A stretch of DNA of 63,749 bases, the filler included, from Phoronis australis (taxonomy: Eukaryota; Animalia; Phoronida): NCBI GenBank assembly GCA_002633005.1. It is 4 parts of 4 records of this genome, joined end to end, with 100 filler letters (N's around TTAATTAATTAA, not from the genome) between each part and the next. Parts side by side here need not be neighbours in the genome. Positions count along the whole stretch, not along the records: positions 26,604 to 58,293 come from NMRA01000107.1; 3 more parts are not named here. One strand, given 5' to 3'. How positions within the stretch are numbered: position 1 is the first letter of the stretch; every line of letters starts with the position of its first letter. The position numbers and the translations under genes are program-made. This document shows, one piece after another, positions 39,001-54,000 of the stretch. Below the pieces are notes generated by a model, which made no database searches, had not been told where the DNA came from, and saw only the letters and a list, made by a program, of their open reading frames with translations.

Positions 39001-39746
39001 ACACTGATCGGCTGTCGCTTTGATAAGAAAAAGACCTTGGACATACACGTGTTTGTTTAACCAAGGGACAACTGTTTGTTTATTCATATGATAACGCAGT
39101 GCAAGGGAATCATAACTACCCAAACTTCATGAGCGAGAAGAGAAAGCGTCCTTATAAGTGTTTTTGGAGTTTGTGCTGCATACAACGAACTCAGGTATGT
39201 AGCGAAACGTGAGTGCATACATCCCTCTGTTCTAGCATGCTCTCATTCCTTTTCCACATCAAAGTACAAATTCAGAGATGACGTCCTGGGAGAATTTGAA
39301 CCGCCAGCGTCCATGGGATAATTCGGTTGTCCCCCACCATTACCGCGGATACTAGTCTTGTAAACCAATCGTTGCCTTTGTCAAAAGAGACTGTAAAATA
39401 CGAGACACGGTCATTCTTTAGGCCTGACTTAAAGACAAATTGATATCAATTGCACCCTGCACTCAGACAACGATGCATTTGTTTCACCGGCAAACTCAAT
39501 TAATGCACTTCCCTTTCGCCAGTAAAACCACAGTTTATAGATTAAGTCATTCACAACATGGTCATAAATGCTTGAATTTGGTTGCTAACAATTTTTTTAT
39601 TATATTTTAATTATTTCTTCTTCAATTTGTGTACTTTTAATCAAGAAATAAACGCAAAAATTAAAGAAAACTTTTGTGTGACGTCATCAGGGGATCCGAT
39701 CTCCGTCAAGTTTTTGTTGTTCTACACCAGCCGCGAGTTCGACTGA

Positions 39747-39945
39747 GTGTTAAGAAAAATTGTATATGGGGATGATGCAATAATAGCAATCGGGCAGACC
39801 GTTGCTTCAGTTTTTGCCCAGAAATGCCACGTGTTCGTGCGTCGGACACGGGTATGGCACTACACGGTAGAGCAAGCGATCAGTTCAAGGGCAACTGTGT
39901 GCTCAGCCCATTTTGAAGAATCGTGCTTCGTTCCGTAGAAACGGA
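39747..39945 (+). pseudogene. Degenerate THAP-domain relic (transposon-derived)
   Basis: One frame reads KNCIWG*CNNSNRADRCFSFCP. After a frameshift, another reads VRRTRVW...RATVCSAHFEESCF, the THAP CxxHF motif. Confidence 0.6.
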
Positions 39946-40118
39946 GATTTGTTTAAGGTTTCTCCAACGTGTAAGTGCATTTGATAGTGAGTATGAGCCT
40001 CACCATCAAAGTGTGACTGAGAAAACGAATGTGGTTACAATACGTTTCCATCAGTATATTTTCAGTATTCAAGATTTTGGGGAATGCATGCTATCGCCAC
40101 ATATACGTCAATATCCAA

Positions 40119-40266
40119 CAGGGGCGGATCCAGATTTTAGTTGGGGGCAGGGCAGAGTATTGGCCAGGATTTTGACCGTAAGACATTCGCAACCCAAATC
40201 GCCAAATGGAATCTGGAGTTTCAGGCGGGCCATGGCCCCCTTGGCTCCCCTCTAAATCCGCCACTG
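40119..40266. mobile_element. hAT-like MITE (CAGGGGCGGAT/ATCCGCCACTG ends); inverted homologous copy at 60950-61101
   Basis: TIRs are visible. Internal sequence (gggccatggcccccttggc, cagagtattggccaggatt) matches the reverse complement of 60950-61101. Confidence 0.75.
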
Positions 40267-43200
40267 CCCAATAGTAGGAAACGGGATGTAAATGTTACGC
40301 AAATAAATTGAGGTCACATCCGCAGCAGGCACAGAGGCTGGAGTCGGACACTGGACCAAAATAATCGGCGAATCACAACGGTACAAAGCTTTCATGATTT
40401 TGTAACAGACAAGACAGAAACGAGTATTATTTACCGGAAACAAAATCCAATTACCACCACTACAATTAAATGTGCTCGTTCCTGAAAATCAGTGTCCGCT
40501 ATTCGCGACTGAGCATTGACAGTCAGGGTAAAAGCTTAGGTTAGATATACAGTTCGAGATACACATTACTCGACACTGGTGCTTAGAAAATTAAATCGTG
40601 ATTCAGTAAAAGTCTGTCCGCAGACTGAGTAGGTTTCGACTCGGCTTCACTCGCAAAAGACGCCGGGGCGTTTGTGAGTGTCGAGTTCGTACGGCCTCAA
40701 AAACTCGAAGTCTGCCGATATGGCGAGGTCTCATTACCTGTTTTACCTATGACCTGCGTGTCGTTCCACCCCCATCTCCATAACTTTCTTTATAAAAATC
40801 GTCAAGCTTGGTTTCTAAGGCTAAGTAACTTACAAAATCACTACTATCCGCCATTGAATATATACTGTCAACTGATCAAAGTCTTCCACTGATGACATCA
40901 CGTGGCGAGAAACCAAAAAAAAATTCTTTAAAATTCAAAATTCTTCAATTATTTCCCAAAATAAGTGTTTGTTTGGTTAGATATTGAATTATAAAATTAT
41001 TATACTCAATAAGAAACCTCAACTAGTGCAAAAATGTATTGTAGGAACGCTTTAAATGGTATTGAGCTAATCATAATAATGTCGAATCGTCAAATAAAAT
41101 TCATATTACACTAGGTTTTAGGGCCGAAAATGCACTTTTTGGATTTTTGATGAATGAAACAGACTTCTTGAAGTTGACTTGTGTAGCATTTCAACAAGAT
41201 CAGTTTGGATTATTATTTAATTATAAATCGTCCATTCTCGCCGTTGGCTGCCATTCACAGAAATCGAGGTCGGCATCTTTATCAGTTACGGCTTGCTGAG
41301 TAGAATTTTGTTCGGCTATCGAAGTGTCGGACTGCGACTGCTGAGTCCGTGAACTCGACCCTTCTTGTAGTTGATCTAAAAAAATTTTTTGTCGCCCATT
41401 GTGTCACTTCACGAGACAGACAAGGTATTCAAATATTTAATCAAGATAATAGTCACGTGTCCGCGAGCTGAAAAAAAAACATCTCGAAAGCACTTTCACC
41501 TGGCACTTCATTTAAAATTAATTCAATGTAAAACGATTCCATGTTTTAAGTAGCGCATTTTCTATAAAAAAAAAAGTTTTTGTGGATTAAAACTCACGTA
41601 ATGTTGAGCAATAAAGGACGCTGAAAACAACATTAGCATTGCAAACTAAATGACAGTAGTAGGCTACATTATCACCACGGGTACCAGACTAAGAAAACCG
41701 TGGCTGCTAGGAAAAAAGTGAACCAGGAAAATGTCCCATTTCAGCTAACTTCGGAACATCATAACTCAAACGTGTGGTTGATCGGTTTCACACGAAGATT
41801 TGAGATTATCCTTTATGTACTGTCCTCCAAAGCGTTGTTAGAAATAATGACTGTTTTTAAAACTTTTGTGTATCATGATGACGGGAGATGACACAGGGGC
41901 TAGAGGGGTAAAATATTATAGCAAATTTTGGTTGACGTAATATGGTAGCGCTGTAATATTCAGTTCTTCTAAAGTATTGGAACACTGCAACTGAGCAAAA
42001 ATGATAACCAATTTGTATCTACCAATCAAAATTCCATTAATTTGGTGAATATTGACCAATATTCAATTTTCACCTCTTCATGTTTTACTGAACTGGGCTT
42101 GCACAACTTTGTGCTATGTAATTAGTTCTCTTTTCACACCGGGAACTCACTCAAATTGTTTCAAGAGTGTTGCTGTTGATGTTTGTAAAAGACTTTTTAT
42201 TTCAATATGGAGCTAGGCCGCAGAGAAGTGCAGTAGAGGAAACTAGTGGCAGTCAAGGAGGCCAAAGTTTGACAAAGCTGAATTTGTCTGTTGAGTTGGT
42301 ACCTATCTATGGTTTGTACCGATTAAGATATTGTGCGAGTATCTGTAATCCAGAATTGAGGCTGTACTTTGCCAGTCTTACATGTTCCTACTACTTGCCT
42401 CAAAACTCCTGCTTTATCGAACATTTTGTTAACAGATATCATCGCCCTTCCACATTTCTTTCATTTGAAACGGCTTGAAACAGCTAAATTCCTTCTTTTG
42501 GCATGAACGTAAAGATGTTGCAGCCATTTGTAATCAAAATAGTTTTATATCCTACCATTAGGTGGCGGTGAGTGGCTTTTCAACTCTGGTCAAGACTAAT
42601 ATGTCACCGAGGCAAAAAGTCTATCCCAACAAACAAGAATTTCAAAAACGCGTTTTTCGACCGTAAAATCGGTTATATTCCTTTAAAGGGTGACACTATC
42701 AGCGAGAACAGTGGTTATCTGATATTAGCCCCAGCGCGGACTCGTCTAACCTGCGATCCCCGCGGCCGCACCCCATCACTTTATCGACGGACTTAAATCC
42801 CATTTTATAACTGGCACAACAGTTAAGCGTATTTCACTGGTAAAATCGCTGACCTTGATTTTTGAGAATGTCTGGCACGACGAAAATTGATGTTTTCTAA
42901 CAAGATCGCAAGAACTAACGGAGTTGTTTTGGAACTTTGGTCACAGCTATCCAAGGACAATTCCAGAAATGCGTTTCGATCGGTGGTAGAACCGAAAATG
43001 TCCTCTTTAGAGAAGTAATCCTTCTAACTTCGAGTAGTTAAATTTATTCGAATAAAAGAACTGGAAAAAGGCTTGCGGCGGAAATGTGCCATTTTTAAAC
43101 GTCATCAATCCTTACGTGAAATTGCGGCATGTCAAGACTTTATCAAAGCAATAGTTGCTTCATGAAAAACCGTGAAAGGAGCTCAAACATATCAGTTTTG

Positions 43201-44841
43201 ATAAGCGTAGTTTGTCAGTGGAAACGTAAACAACACACAATTCTTTATCAGAGACTTTCTACCAAAATAGCGGCGTTTTCGGAATCCAGTCCCATACTGA
43301 ATGCTAGCTCTTTTTCCTTCCTGTCATGAAAGTAAATTAGACTCATTCACTCTCAGGACAACGGAGATAACAGCACTCATTGAAGACAAAATTTTTGATC
43401 GCTGATGTCTACGTTGTCTCAGGGTCAATAAAAACTGCGACAATATTGACAGACAATGAAACAAGTTGGAGAATTCCAGTTGGTGCACCTGCTATCCGAG
43501 AGCAGAAGAAAATTCTCTCAAAAGTGTCCAAAACGAAGCCTAAGAACCCTGATGGGTTGAAAGCACAGGTGATGTAGGGGGCCACGAGGCATGTCTCCCC
43601 CTCAGCTAACGACCACAAAATGTCATCAGAATGCCGTTTTTTGGAGATTACTCGGAAATTTTGGTTCGAAAATTGTTATTGGTTCTCTTACAGCATCCAA
43701 GATCACGGCGTCATCTTGGTCATGCTTCGAGTGGAAGCCTGTGGTTTGTGTTAAAATACTGCAATTAGCGGTCCCTATAATTACACACGGCTATAAAACG
43801 TTAGACATGCACCGAATGAAGTTCAATGCCTTCATAGCTGTCTGGTGTGGTAACGTCTAACCTATACTTTGGTACGTCCCGTATCAGAATGACCCACTCC
43901 TTTCTTCGCATCTGGCTCGCTCCGTCACTACTTCTCGCTACGCAGGGTACATATCATTGGCTGCTTTTGAGAAGCGTCATGTACACACCTCCGCTGAATT
44001 GGCTTATCAACAAACATCATATTCATGTATATCGTAAATTCGCACTATCGTCTTATCGCTTCACTTACGGTCATAGTTTAAACTGACGCCCCGAAGTGTA
44101 ACGTAGGCCTATAACAACATACTTCCCTATATTTGTCGGAAGACAGTGTTACTGACAAACCAAAAGCATCCAACAAAACAACATAAGACGGAAGAGAACG
44201 GAGGAACGGTAGGTCTTCTCACTTTTAAATCATTTCGTACTAACCGACTATATGTTCACCGATAACTCCTTTTCCCTCCCTTGCAAGAGAAGTTCCAGCC
44301 ATGTTTTGGTCTTTGCACGCAATATTGAGCTGATTTAATTTTTGTCCGTTGTTTGCAAGTCATCGGTTAAATTGTTTTCAATCGTGCGATCAAACAATGA
44401 GTTTTAGTTCAGGTCTGACACGTGGTAGCAATCGTTAACTCTGAACTGGTGACAAGTTCAATATAGATGTTGAGTTTTGCGCCTGATGCATTGGTTAGAC
44501 ATGAGATTAGAGCGCACACAATTATATAAGCATTGGTTGTGGCAGAGATACCATGCACCAGTTGTTCACAATCGAAGTAGCATTCTGATTCCATTCTTTA
44601 GTCAGTTTTGACGTTTTTCTAATACTAAGCTCACATGAGTGGCATAGCGCAAGAATATTCACGCTATGATTTTAGCTGGACAGATCGTCTAGTGTCTGCG
44701 AAGACGTAATTTTATCCAGCAGATATGTTTGTTTCCTCACCACCCGAGTGGCTTTTCAGCGGAAATTGATGTCAAAAAAAGTTCATTCTCTGTCATAAAT
44801 TTATCCGATGTGTCAATAAAGCAAAGGCCTCTTTCCCAGCT

Positions 44842-44866
44842 TGTGTGTGTGTGTGTGTGTGTGTGT
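44842..44866. repeat. (TG)n microsatellite
   Basis: About 12 TG repeats. Confidence 0.9.
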
Positions 44867-45099
44867 TTTTGACTTGAGGTATGAGCAACCTGGATACTAA
44901 ACGATTGCTAGTAGCCAAGACGCCATCCTGTATAGTTTTGGGGTAACTCAAAACTCCAGCAAAGTGCCATAAAAGCAACCCTTGACACCGTTCAAATAAC
45001 TGGCATTTTTTTGCACCTAGTGATCAGCCAGCATGTGAACCAGGTCTTTGCGATTTTGTTGCAGACTTGTCCATCTTACGATTATTTGCAGGAGTCAGA

Positions 45100-48000
45100 A
45101 TGACAGCGCCATCTGACGGCAAGAAGACAGAGGAGAAGCTGTCCATGTTGTCGATGATATGTTTCGGTATGGGTGGAATGCCTTCTATGGTCTGCAACAC
45201 GGCCATTAATTTTTTCATTCCCCTATTTATTTTGGAAGTTGTAAAGGTAAATGTACATCTTATTTTTTAAAGTTCTTTGCTTGTTATTTTTTCAGTTTTT
45301 TAGCATCACGATAGAACCATGAGGTTAAGTTTAGACTTGTCTGAGCATTCAAATAGCTACGAAACTATAATAATTAGCCTGAAACAAATGTATCAGAACA
45401 CAGAAAACCTTTACATTTTTGATTTGATACACTACACATCTCATCTTATTAAAATTTAACAAAATATAAAAGGCTGAATCATAGCAAAACAACGGTATCA
45501 ATAACAAGACCAAATTTCTTTTCGAAATGTTCCAGATAAAATCTCAAAAATGCTGCTGAACAATGTTCGCGGTTACCACTTTATCATTATCATTTTATGC
45601 TACTTTCCCCTTTTCTCACAGAAAAAACATAAAAGTCATATTTCTGATAGCTCTTCATGCACAAATGAATCAATTCATGAGCAATTCCTACCAGGGTTTT
45701 GTAGAAAAAGTGCATAACGCATGGTAACTGAAAGTTTCACGTGAATCCGATATAAAGTGAATTTAGTAAATCACGTTTTCAGCTTTATTTTTGTTAAAAC
45801 TTCACAAAACGTACGTAATATTTATGCTGGCGTTATATTTTTCTATTAATGAAGCTCACTATGTGTTTTGAGCCTTTTCTTGCTCCTGTAACATGACTTC
45901 CTGAAAGTTGAATTTTAGTGTGCATGCGCAGATTCTGTTCGCGAACGTTTCCTTAAAAATATAACTTTTTGGATGGTTTTGTACACTAACAAATTTGCCA
46001 AGTTTCGACCTGAAAGACACATATTCAGCTTCAGGTACATTTAGTTACGTCAAGAAACAACACCATAACACTTTTATGTGTTTTGGGGTTTGTTTCTTAG
46101 AAAGCTTCATTTGGGTGTACGTACATATAACAGTAATAGATAGACGGCTGCTGTCAATTTTGAATTCTTAGCTGATGCGCTTTTAGATTTGTATGAAAAC
46201 GATAATCCGATCTTAAATTGGTGCCAGATGTAGCGATTACTCAAGTCACAGACAATAGTATATATTTCTCATTTCTAAATTCCCAATTTTAGGGTTTGGC
46301 AACCCAGTAAAGTCTCAAGTGTTTTCTTAAAATCGCTGATGGTTTCGATGCTTTCGTTGATAACGGAAATACATTCCTGTCACGGTACTTTAGGGATTAT
46401 TATGAGGCCGACTTTATGATAGTAAAAGGCCTAATTTGACGTTCGTTTTCAGCAAGCTAAACAAGGCGAAATGCAACTTAAACTTTGTTCTTCTTCCGTT
46501 TTTAAAGCTGCAGCCGTATGAAGTGTCAATCATAGTGTTTACTGGGAAATTCTGGGACGCAATGACTGACCCGATTGTGGGGTATCTGGTCAGCAGATCC
46601 CCCTGTCGACTCAAGGGAAGACTAACACCATGGTAAGATGAAACTGGCTGTAGACTCGTCTTCCATTGAAATTTGGACTAACAAAACTTACCGCTATAAA
46701 TCTGGTTCAACTTTTTCTTTGCTCAGAGTAAGAATGATTCATGGGCTAGGGATGATCTGAGAAGTCGTTGTAATTGCTTGAGACAGGGCTAGACTAAAGT
46801 TGGCTTGTCGCGACGGATCGTTTTACAAAACTACCACGTGGTCTCAGACATTAACGAATTGTAAGTTCTTCCCGTATCCAAGAAATCTTTCGTCATCTTT
46901 AAGGAAACCAATTTATATAGAAAAGATCAACTTGAAAATTTCTTTAACGGTCGAAGGCAGGTTTGTAGCCATTTTTAATAATTTTTATTCCCCTTAGTAT
47001 TTACCCTTAATAGATGGATAGCTATTTCATTCGATTTATACGGCGTGTGATTGATTTGTGCTATTGGAGTGGCTACTTGGTACCAAGAGTTCTTTTTATT
47101 GTAAAACATGTCGTTTAGATATATACACCTGTTGTCAGATAACAGATAAAATGGGGATGGAGAGACAAATTACTAGCCGCTCTGCAAGCGACTGGACAGA
47201 TTTGCACAGAATAAGTTCAGTTGTTGGTTGTTCAACAACGGCATTACGGCGAGCGACCGTGTGATGTTAATGGGCTATTTTCATCTTTATGTTGCCGAGC
47301 TCAGGGCCCAAGGTCTAAAATCTGAACTCTATCTTTGGAGCTCTGTAAACTGGTTTTTGACAGTTTCTGTTCTACTTTGCAGTATAATTACGTCACACTC
47401 AAGATTAGTGGTCTATGTTTGTCAAGTTTCCAGTATTTAATGGTTTACGTACGATGGTCAAAAATTCATAATAGATCAGTCATGCATTCAAACTTAATTC
47501 TCACGTTTAAGCACGAGATTTTGACGCCAGTTTTATGTCGATGTCGTCAGGATTAGACCACAGGCGCTGGAGTTCCTCAATCACGACTGACGACACTAAC
47601 TAATGGTTATGAGTCATCGGGAAATTCGAGCGCCTGTGGATTAGACATTCATTTTTATGAATTAAAATATAGTCAAGCACAAAACAACAGAAACAGAGTA
47701 CGTAAAGGACAACAGAACGTGTCAAACATATAATTTTCAGGGTACGCTGGTGATACTAGCCAGTCCCGTATATTCCCACTGCATGAATTATCATAAAGTT
47801 TACAGCCTCACTTCACGGCGTTTACTCTAACGCACCATTTCCAGCAGTTCCGTCCATTTTCAGGATTCTGTTTTCGTCCCCTATCGCCAGCACGTGGTAC
47901 TTCCTGTTTTGGTACGTTCCCGACATCCCGCGCGAAGCCTATCTCGCCTGGTACCTCATGGCATATTGTTTATTTCAAACGTTCATGACCGTAAGTATGA

Positions 48001-51000
48001 GTTAGTGTTGATGACATCATTCAGCATTGCACGAGTTTTCACTTGTTTTAAAAAAATTAAAAAACACACACGGATCGCATTGCGGAGTTTGGCTGAGTTA
48101 AAATTTACAGTGCACACGTGTGTGCCTCGTAATACGCAGGGCTGTAAAAAGTATTAGAAATTCCACTATTCACTTTTGTTTACTGTTTTTTTTTTGTAGT
48201 GCATGTCTTTCTAACGCGTTGTCAGGTTTTGTCACATGTACTCTGGGATTTCACGAACCACTGCGAGCTTCGAAGCTGCTAACTCACGGTCTTTTAGAAC
48301 CATTTTTGATTGATTTTGAACTATTTGGAATTGAATCTAAGAAACGAGATTTTTCAAAACTTTTTATTGACATTTTTCAACAAAGTCATCCATTTTTAAT
48401 TGAAAAATTAGACATTGACAAAAGTAAGTGAATTTACGAGCACGGCTATCATTCAGTGCCAAGTGACTTACATTTCCCAGAATGCAACGGACACAAACAA
48501 ACATACCATGTCGAGTTTTGCATCAAATTGCTGCACTGATGTCAAAATCCTTATCGACAGGTGTGTGTATTCAGTAGGCAAACACCTACTATAGAGTTTA
48601 ACTCAAAAGTATATGTTTTCTGAAACCAGAAAGCCGGTAGAACTTTTTACTAAACTGCCATCAACTGGGTCACATGACCATGCCTGTTGACTGAGCAAAA
48701 TGTAACAAAAAGGAATGTACATCGATAGCAATAGCATGACCAAATTTCGTCGAGATGAAACCTCAAAAGCATAAATCGGAAATATTTCGCACTGCGCTAA
48801 TCATATTCCTGGTAATACAACTTCTTCAACACTGACGGTCATGAAGCAAATTATAGCTCTGTCAGCGGCGAAAAATAATAGCTGATCAACGTTCTTGATT
48901 CGTTTTGATGTATAACGAAATGCAACAAAATCAGACTTGAGTGTATATAATCGCCTGTCGCCCAACCTGCAAAGATTTTGTTTTTAATGATTGCTCATTT
49001 GTTTGTGCTCTTACTACAGACTTTTCAAGTCCCATACACCTCTCTTACAATGTATCTCAGCAACGATCAGAAACAGAGAGACAAAGCCACTGCAGTGCGT
49101 AAGTAGGCAGCGAAAGTTGTGGTGTACAGGTTCAACACCTTCCATCTGAAGAAGATTCGAACTACCGTTTTTATTACAGTATAATTGCTGTTTTGACTTT
49201 GTACCAAGCGTAATAGCGTCGCAAAAGCTCACTTAAAATCCCCATAACTGTTTCAGTGATACATGTAGTAGAATGAATCTTCATTAGCAAGTGTGTTACA
49301 ATGTCATATAATGTGATGGTGATAAAGTGTCCAGATTATGGATCTCCGAACTAGTCACTACACGGAAGAAAGACCTCTAATGATTTGTCATCTGAAGAAC
49401 TTAATGACTCTGATACCCTAAAGGTGCTTCACCACATACTTGCTTTCTAAGGGATGTTTAGGCCTACTAGGAGTTTCTGTGAAGACCCTGAGGAATAATA
49501 CTTCGTACATGGGTTTGGAATAGTCGCATCATTTCGACGTAGTTGGTAGTGCATCCCACACATACCGAGTAGATGGCACACGTACATGGTGAGCCCCAGA
49601 GTCCAGCCTCCCGTTCAGTAGCGCTAGGACCTCGCTAAAAAGCGAGATTACGTGAGACATTGCCGTGTATTTTAACTACGAACACGTGACTTTGATTAGG
49701 TTTTAGCTAAGTCCTAGCGTAGGTCCTAGCGTCTACTGAACGCACGCCAGGTCTACCGGTACATGGTAAACTATCGTTTCAGGCATTGGCTGCGAAGTAA
49801 CGGCCATTGTGTTGTCCGTCGTCGTTCAAGGTCAATTGATAAACCTAACGAGAACAGTGGATTCTTGTTCCAATGACACCAACCAGACATTCACCGAAAC
49901 TGAGCAGGTAACAATATAGTTGCCAAGAACCCACTGGCACAAATCCGCAGCACAATTAACTCTCGTTTGCAGAAACTGAAATAATATCCGATGTATTCTA
50001 TATCGTCTGAGCCTTGTCGGAAAAGCGAAGAACGATTTATAACACCCAACTTAACTTTTCAAACTATTCTTACAACCCACTAGCTTTTGCCACAGAAAAT
50101 GTTTTATGGAATTTTTATAGAATGTCGAATTGTAAACTAATTTTGTTATAAAATAGAGGTTAACACAACAGCAGTGCACAATAGAGGACAAGCGCTCCTA
50201 CTATCGTGTGTCATTGTGGGCAAAAACACAGAATCACGGAGGGGTGCTGTGGTATTTCTGGAAGTGACTATCATTTTCATGTACGTCTAATTTCAGAGAG
50301 GCACGTACATGCTTGCGTCGATAATATTCTGTGTAATTTACTGTATCTGCGGACTATGCGTGTTTCTCGGAGTCACAGAACGGGAAGGTAGGAATGACGT
50401 CAATCCCTTATTCAATCACGCATACAAAAGGTCACTAAACCTGTTTTTGCTGATTATATCCAAAACTGGTGCCCTGCTCATTACCGTATACACATTTACT
50501 GGCTGATCTCATGTCTGATCTTGCCAAAATAAATGGACTAGTCGTGATGGCCGAAAGCATACAATTTTCTACATGTTGCCAATACTTGAAGCTCTAAAAC
50601 AGCTAAAGATCCACAGGAGAGCTTTTCACCACTTGGTGAAACGGATATGAACCAAAAGAACAGGAGAAAAATTCTTGTTCAATTTGAGTACTAATCAAAT
50701 AAAATTCCCTTCACATGTTTAGAAAGCCGCAACCAGTCTTACTGATTAATATTTCGCCTCTTTTTACCTTCCTCTAACAACAACGAATCAAATTGTGTGT
50801 CATCTTCTAACCTTAGTTTTTTCCTTGTGACGTTCATGAAGTGACTCATATGCCAGCCAACGAATGTTCGAATGAACAAGTTTTTTCGAAGGGCTTCATT
50901 TCGGTGCAGTTGTGTTAGCTAAATGTGTTCACGCGAGCACAGTTTTGACGCATGTGGGTTAATGTTTGACATGCTATCGAATGTGAAATGTACGACACTT

Positions 51001-54000
51001 CATTCTACACTTTGAGTGTGCGGACTTCCAGCCCTATTTAGTATTAAGGGTTGGTTCACCGACTAACGATTTTCTAGATTCCAAGGCCTCTGTGCCCACT
51101 TGGCAACACCGTAGGTAGTACACGTATTTTCTAGTTTCAACATACTCCGATGTTGCGTGCATTTTTATTGTAATTTTTAGTGTCTTATTTAAATTCATAA
51201 AATTAAGCGAGGTGTGCACTTGACTGGTTAAACTACGATACGTATAGCAAAGCAGTTCATACTATGATGAGCTATGACATGGTGCGTTAATATTGACATC
51301 AACAAACAAACAAACAAACAAACAAACCAAAACGATAAGAGGAATAATAATAATGGTATTAATATAACAATAATTGTAACAGCAATAACTGTGACAATAG
51401 TAATAAAAACATTAATAACTATAGCATTACAAAAGGCCTAACACGATACTACTGCAACTACCTCGAGCACTAGCCTGTCCGTTTAAAAGAGACAAGCAGA
51501 CTTGAAAACTTCCTACACGAAGAACTTGCTGGTCCTTAGGGGTCGCTCGTGTTTTTAGCTCAGGTGTTTGGTGCAATGGGCTCAACCACGAGGCCTGCAC
51601 ACCTCTGATGCCCCGCAAATGACATCAGACCCCCTGCACTCTTTTTTACCTCTAGGACTAGTAATAGATCCTACTTTTACTATTTCTAGTAGCATATTGA
51701 TGTTCAGTAATTTAGTGCTGTTACTATTACTATTACTATTACCAGGAAGAGATATCTCTTCCTGCTATTACTAATATTAGTACTAGCACTAAGCACTAAC
51801 TAGTAATGGAATGTACTTTTACTACTTTTATCTGTCCTATTCATACAACTATTATGATTACTGTCCCGATGTTGACTTTGATATTAACAGCGATAAAGAC
51901 CATGGTTGTTATGAGTTGCTTTAGTAAACTACGCTTCATTTTATTTCAGGCAACGTGCGTGAAAAGCCCGAGCCATTTTTCACATCGCTGAAACTTGTTT
52001 TCAAACACCGGTCGTACGTCATGTTGGTACTGACTTGCCTCTTTGTATTCCTTGCAAACGCTGTAAGTACGTGTATGCCGACCAATACCGAAACCGAAGC
52101 GTGGCGTCTAATGGCGTGTTATTATTTAAGTGGAAATTAAATGTAGTCTTTTCACAGGATTATTTTCGTCCGCAACATCCAACATTATCGTCATATTCAT
52201 AGACACTTGAACGAACTAGAAGGGTGAGAGTCCTTGTACATATATAACGTCGGTACACCTGAGTCAGGTGCAGTTCTTTTAATCAGGATCTTGTCCGATG
52301 TTCAGTAAAATAAACTGTGCGGATGTTTTGACGTCTTGTGTTCAAATCACTTTGATAACATTTCCTGATCTCGAACGTGTAAAATGCTCACTCACTTCAC
52401 AGAGAAAAAATGGATATTTTCCTTTTTGAAGGAGTTTAACATCACTTTTACATATTCTACTCATTAAAAATTTATGAAAGCCTTTTCTACAAAGTTCAAA
52501 CCTGTAAAAATAATTTTTCCCAAGGTTAGCAATCTGCCAGTGAAGGTTTAACAAAAATTGTGATGCGTATTTAACGAATTATTTGATCGTCTGTTCTACA
52601 GATTGTTCAAGGGAACATCTCGTTATATCTCACACACTCCGTTGGCTTAGGAGATTGGTTCTCATACTTAGTTCTTGCGATGCTGGTAAGTAACATCTTA
52701 TATTGAGGTTATCCAAGTTCCACAAGGTGAGGGGTTGAAAAGATCTTTTCCTCGGGTCTTACTTTTGTATTTTCTATCATTCGAGTGCCTCGTTTCGGTC
52801 TACGTTGGAGTTGCCGTCGTCGATACATTTGCGCGTGTCGCGAATCTCGCTCTGTTATAAATATGGAAGTTCAGATAATCAAGAAGAGTGAGTTATGTGG
52901 TCGCACATGATACAAGTGTGCACGTGTTGTCGGAGCATGCGCAAGGCCCTCGTTTACAGTGGGAAAGATGCCTGTACCTTCTGAGAGACAAATATTTTGG
53001 GGTGAGGGGAAAATTCTACTTCCCTATCACCATCAGTAACACCCACCTCACCATGTTGTCAAGTCCTCATAGGCTTTGCCTCAGACAGCCGAAACTATCA
53101 TTTTGCACTTCGATGTCACCTGTGTGAGCTACCAGTGATTTGAACCACGAGGGGAATTTTTTAATCACTTGGGTGATTTTTGGACCTCAAAAGAGAACTT
53201 CGAGTGATTTTTCAATATTTTTCAGATGTAAGTGGGGCCGATATTCGGACCCAAAATCGAGGGACTGAGGGCCTGGTAAGTACACACTTGTGACACCAGT
53301 TTGTAGTTACCTTTCACGAGTCCTTTCTGTTTCAGATCATGTCAATTATAACCATTCCCTTTTGGCATTTCATTGCTGTCAAGTATGGAAAGAAAATTTC
53401 ATTCGGTGCTGGTATTATAGTAAGTAATGAGCTTGGAGAGGATTGTTGTGGGTCTGTTTTACAGATTTTAAATGTATTGCGCTGGGGTTCGTGAGCATTC
53501 CTAGGGGTCTGGTTCACAATTTTGAATATTTTGTGCTAGGCTTGGTGAAGCTTACAGTTTCAAATGTATCTTACTGTAAAGTTAACGTCTTAGAGAACGT
53601 TTGAACTACTTTTCTGTATTTACTCTAGAGAAGATATCCGTTATCATCTCTACAAAAAATAATACTGGCAATGCCATAAGAATTGCGGTATTTGGTGGGT
53701 TAAATTCATTCGAATTCTATACTGGTGTTAGTGTCACCGAATAATCGAAAGCCCTTTAGAACAACAGTTGAACCAAATATATAGCACAAATCATAATTAC
53801 ATCCGTCAAATAACAACTAAAATTTTAATTCCGAACTTGATTAAAACTAAAGGGAAAACGATTGATACCGCGACCTCGTTTGGCCAAGTAGTCATGAATG
53901 AATCGTTGCTATGGTAAACATATTACTACTCCAAACAGGGTAACCATAACCTCCGGGTCTTAACCGTGTCAAATTTTTGTATTACGATATTCTTTAACTA

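Noticed and set aside
43380-43860. Coding-looking stretch with short ORFs on both strands
   Set aside because: Contains stops and a frameshift, has no recognisable domain and no convincing splice sites; would need blastx.
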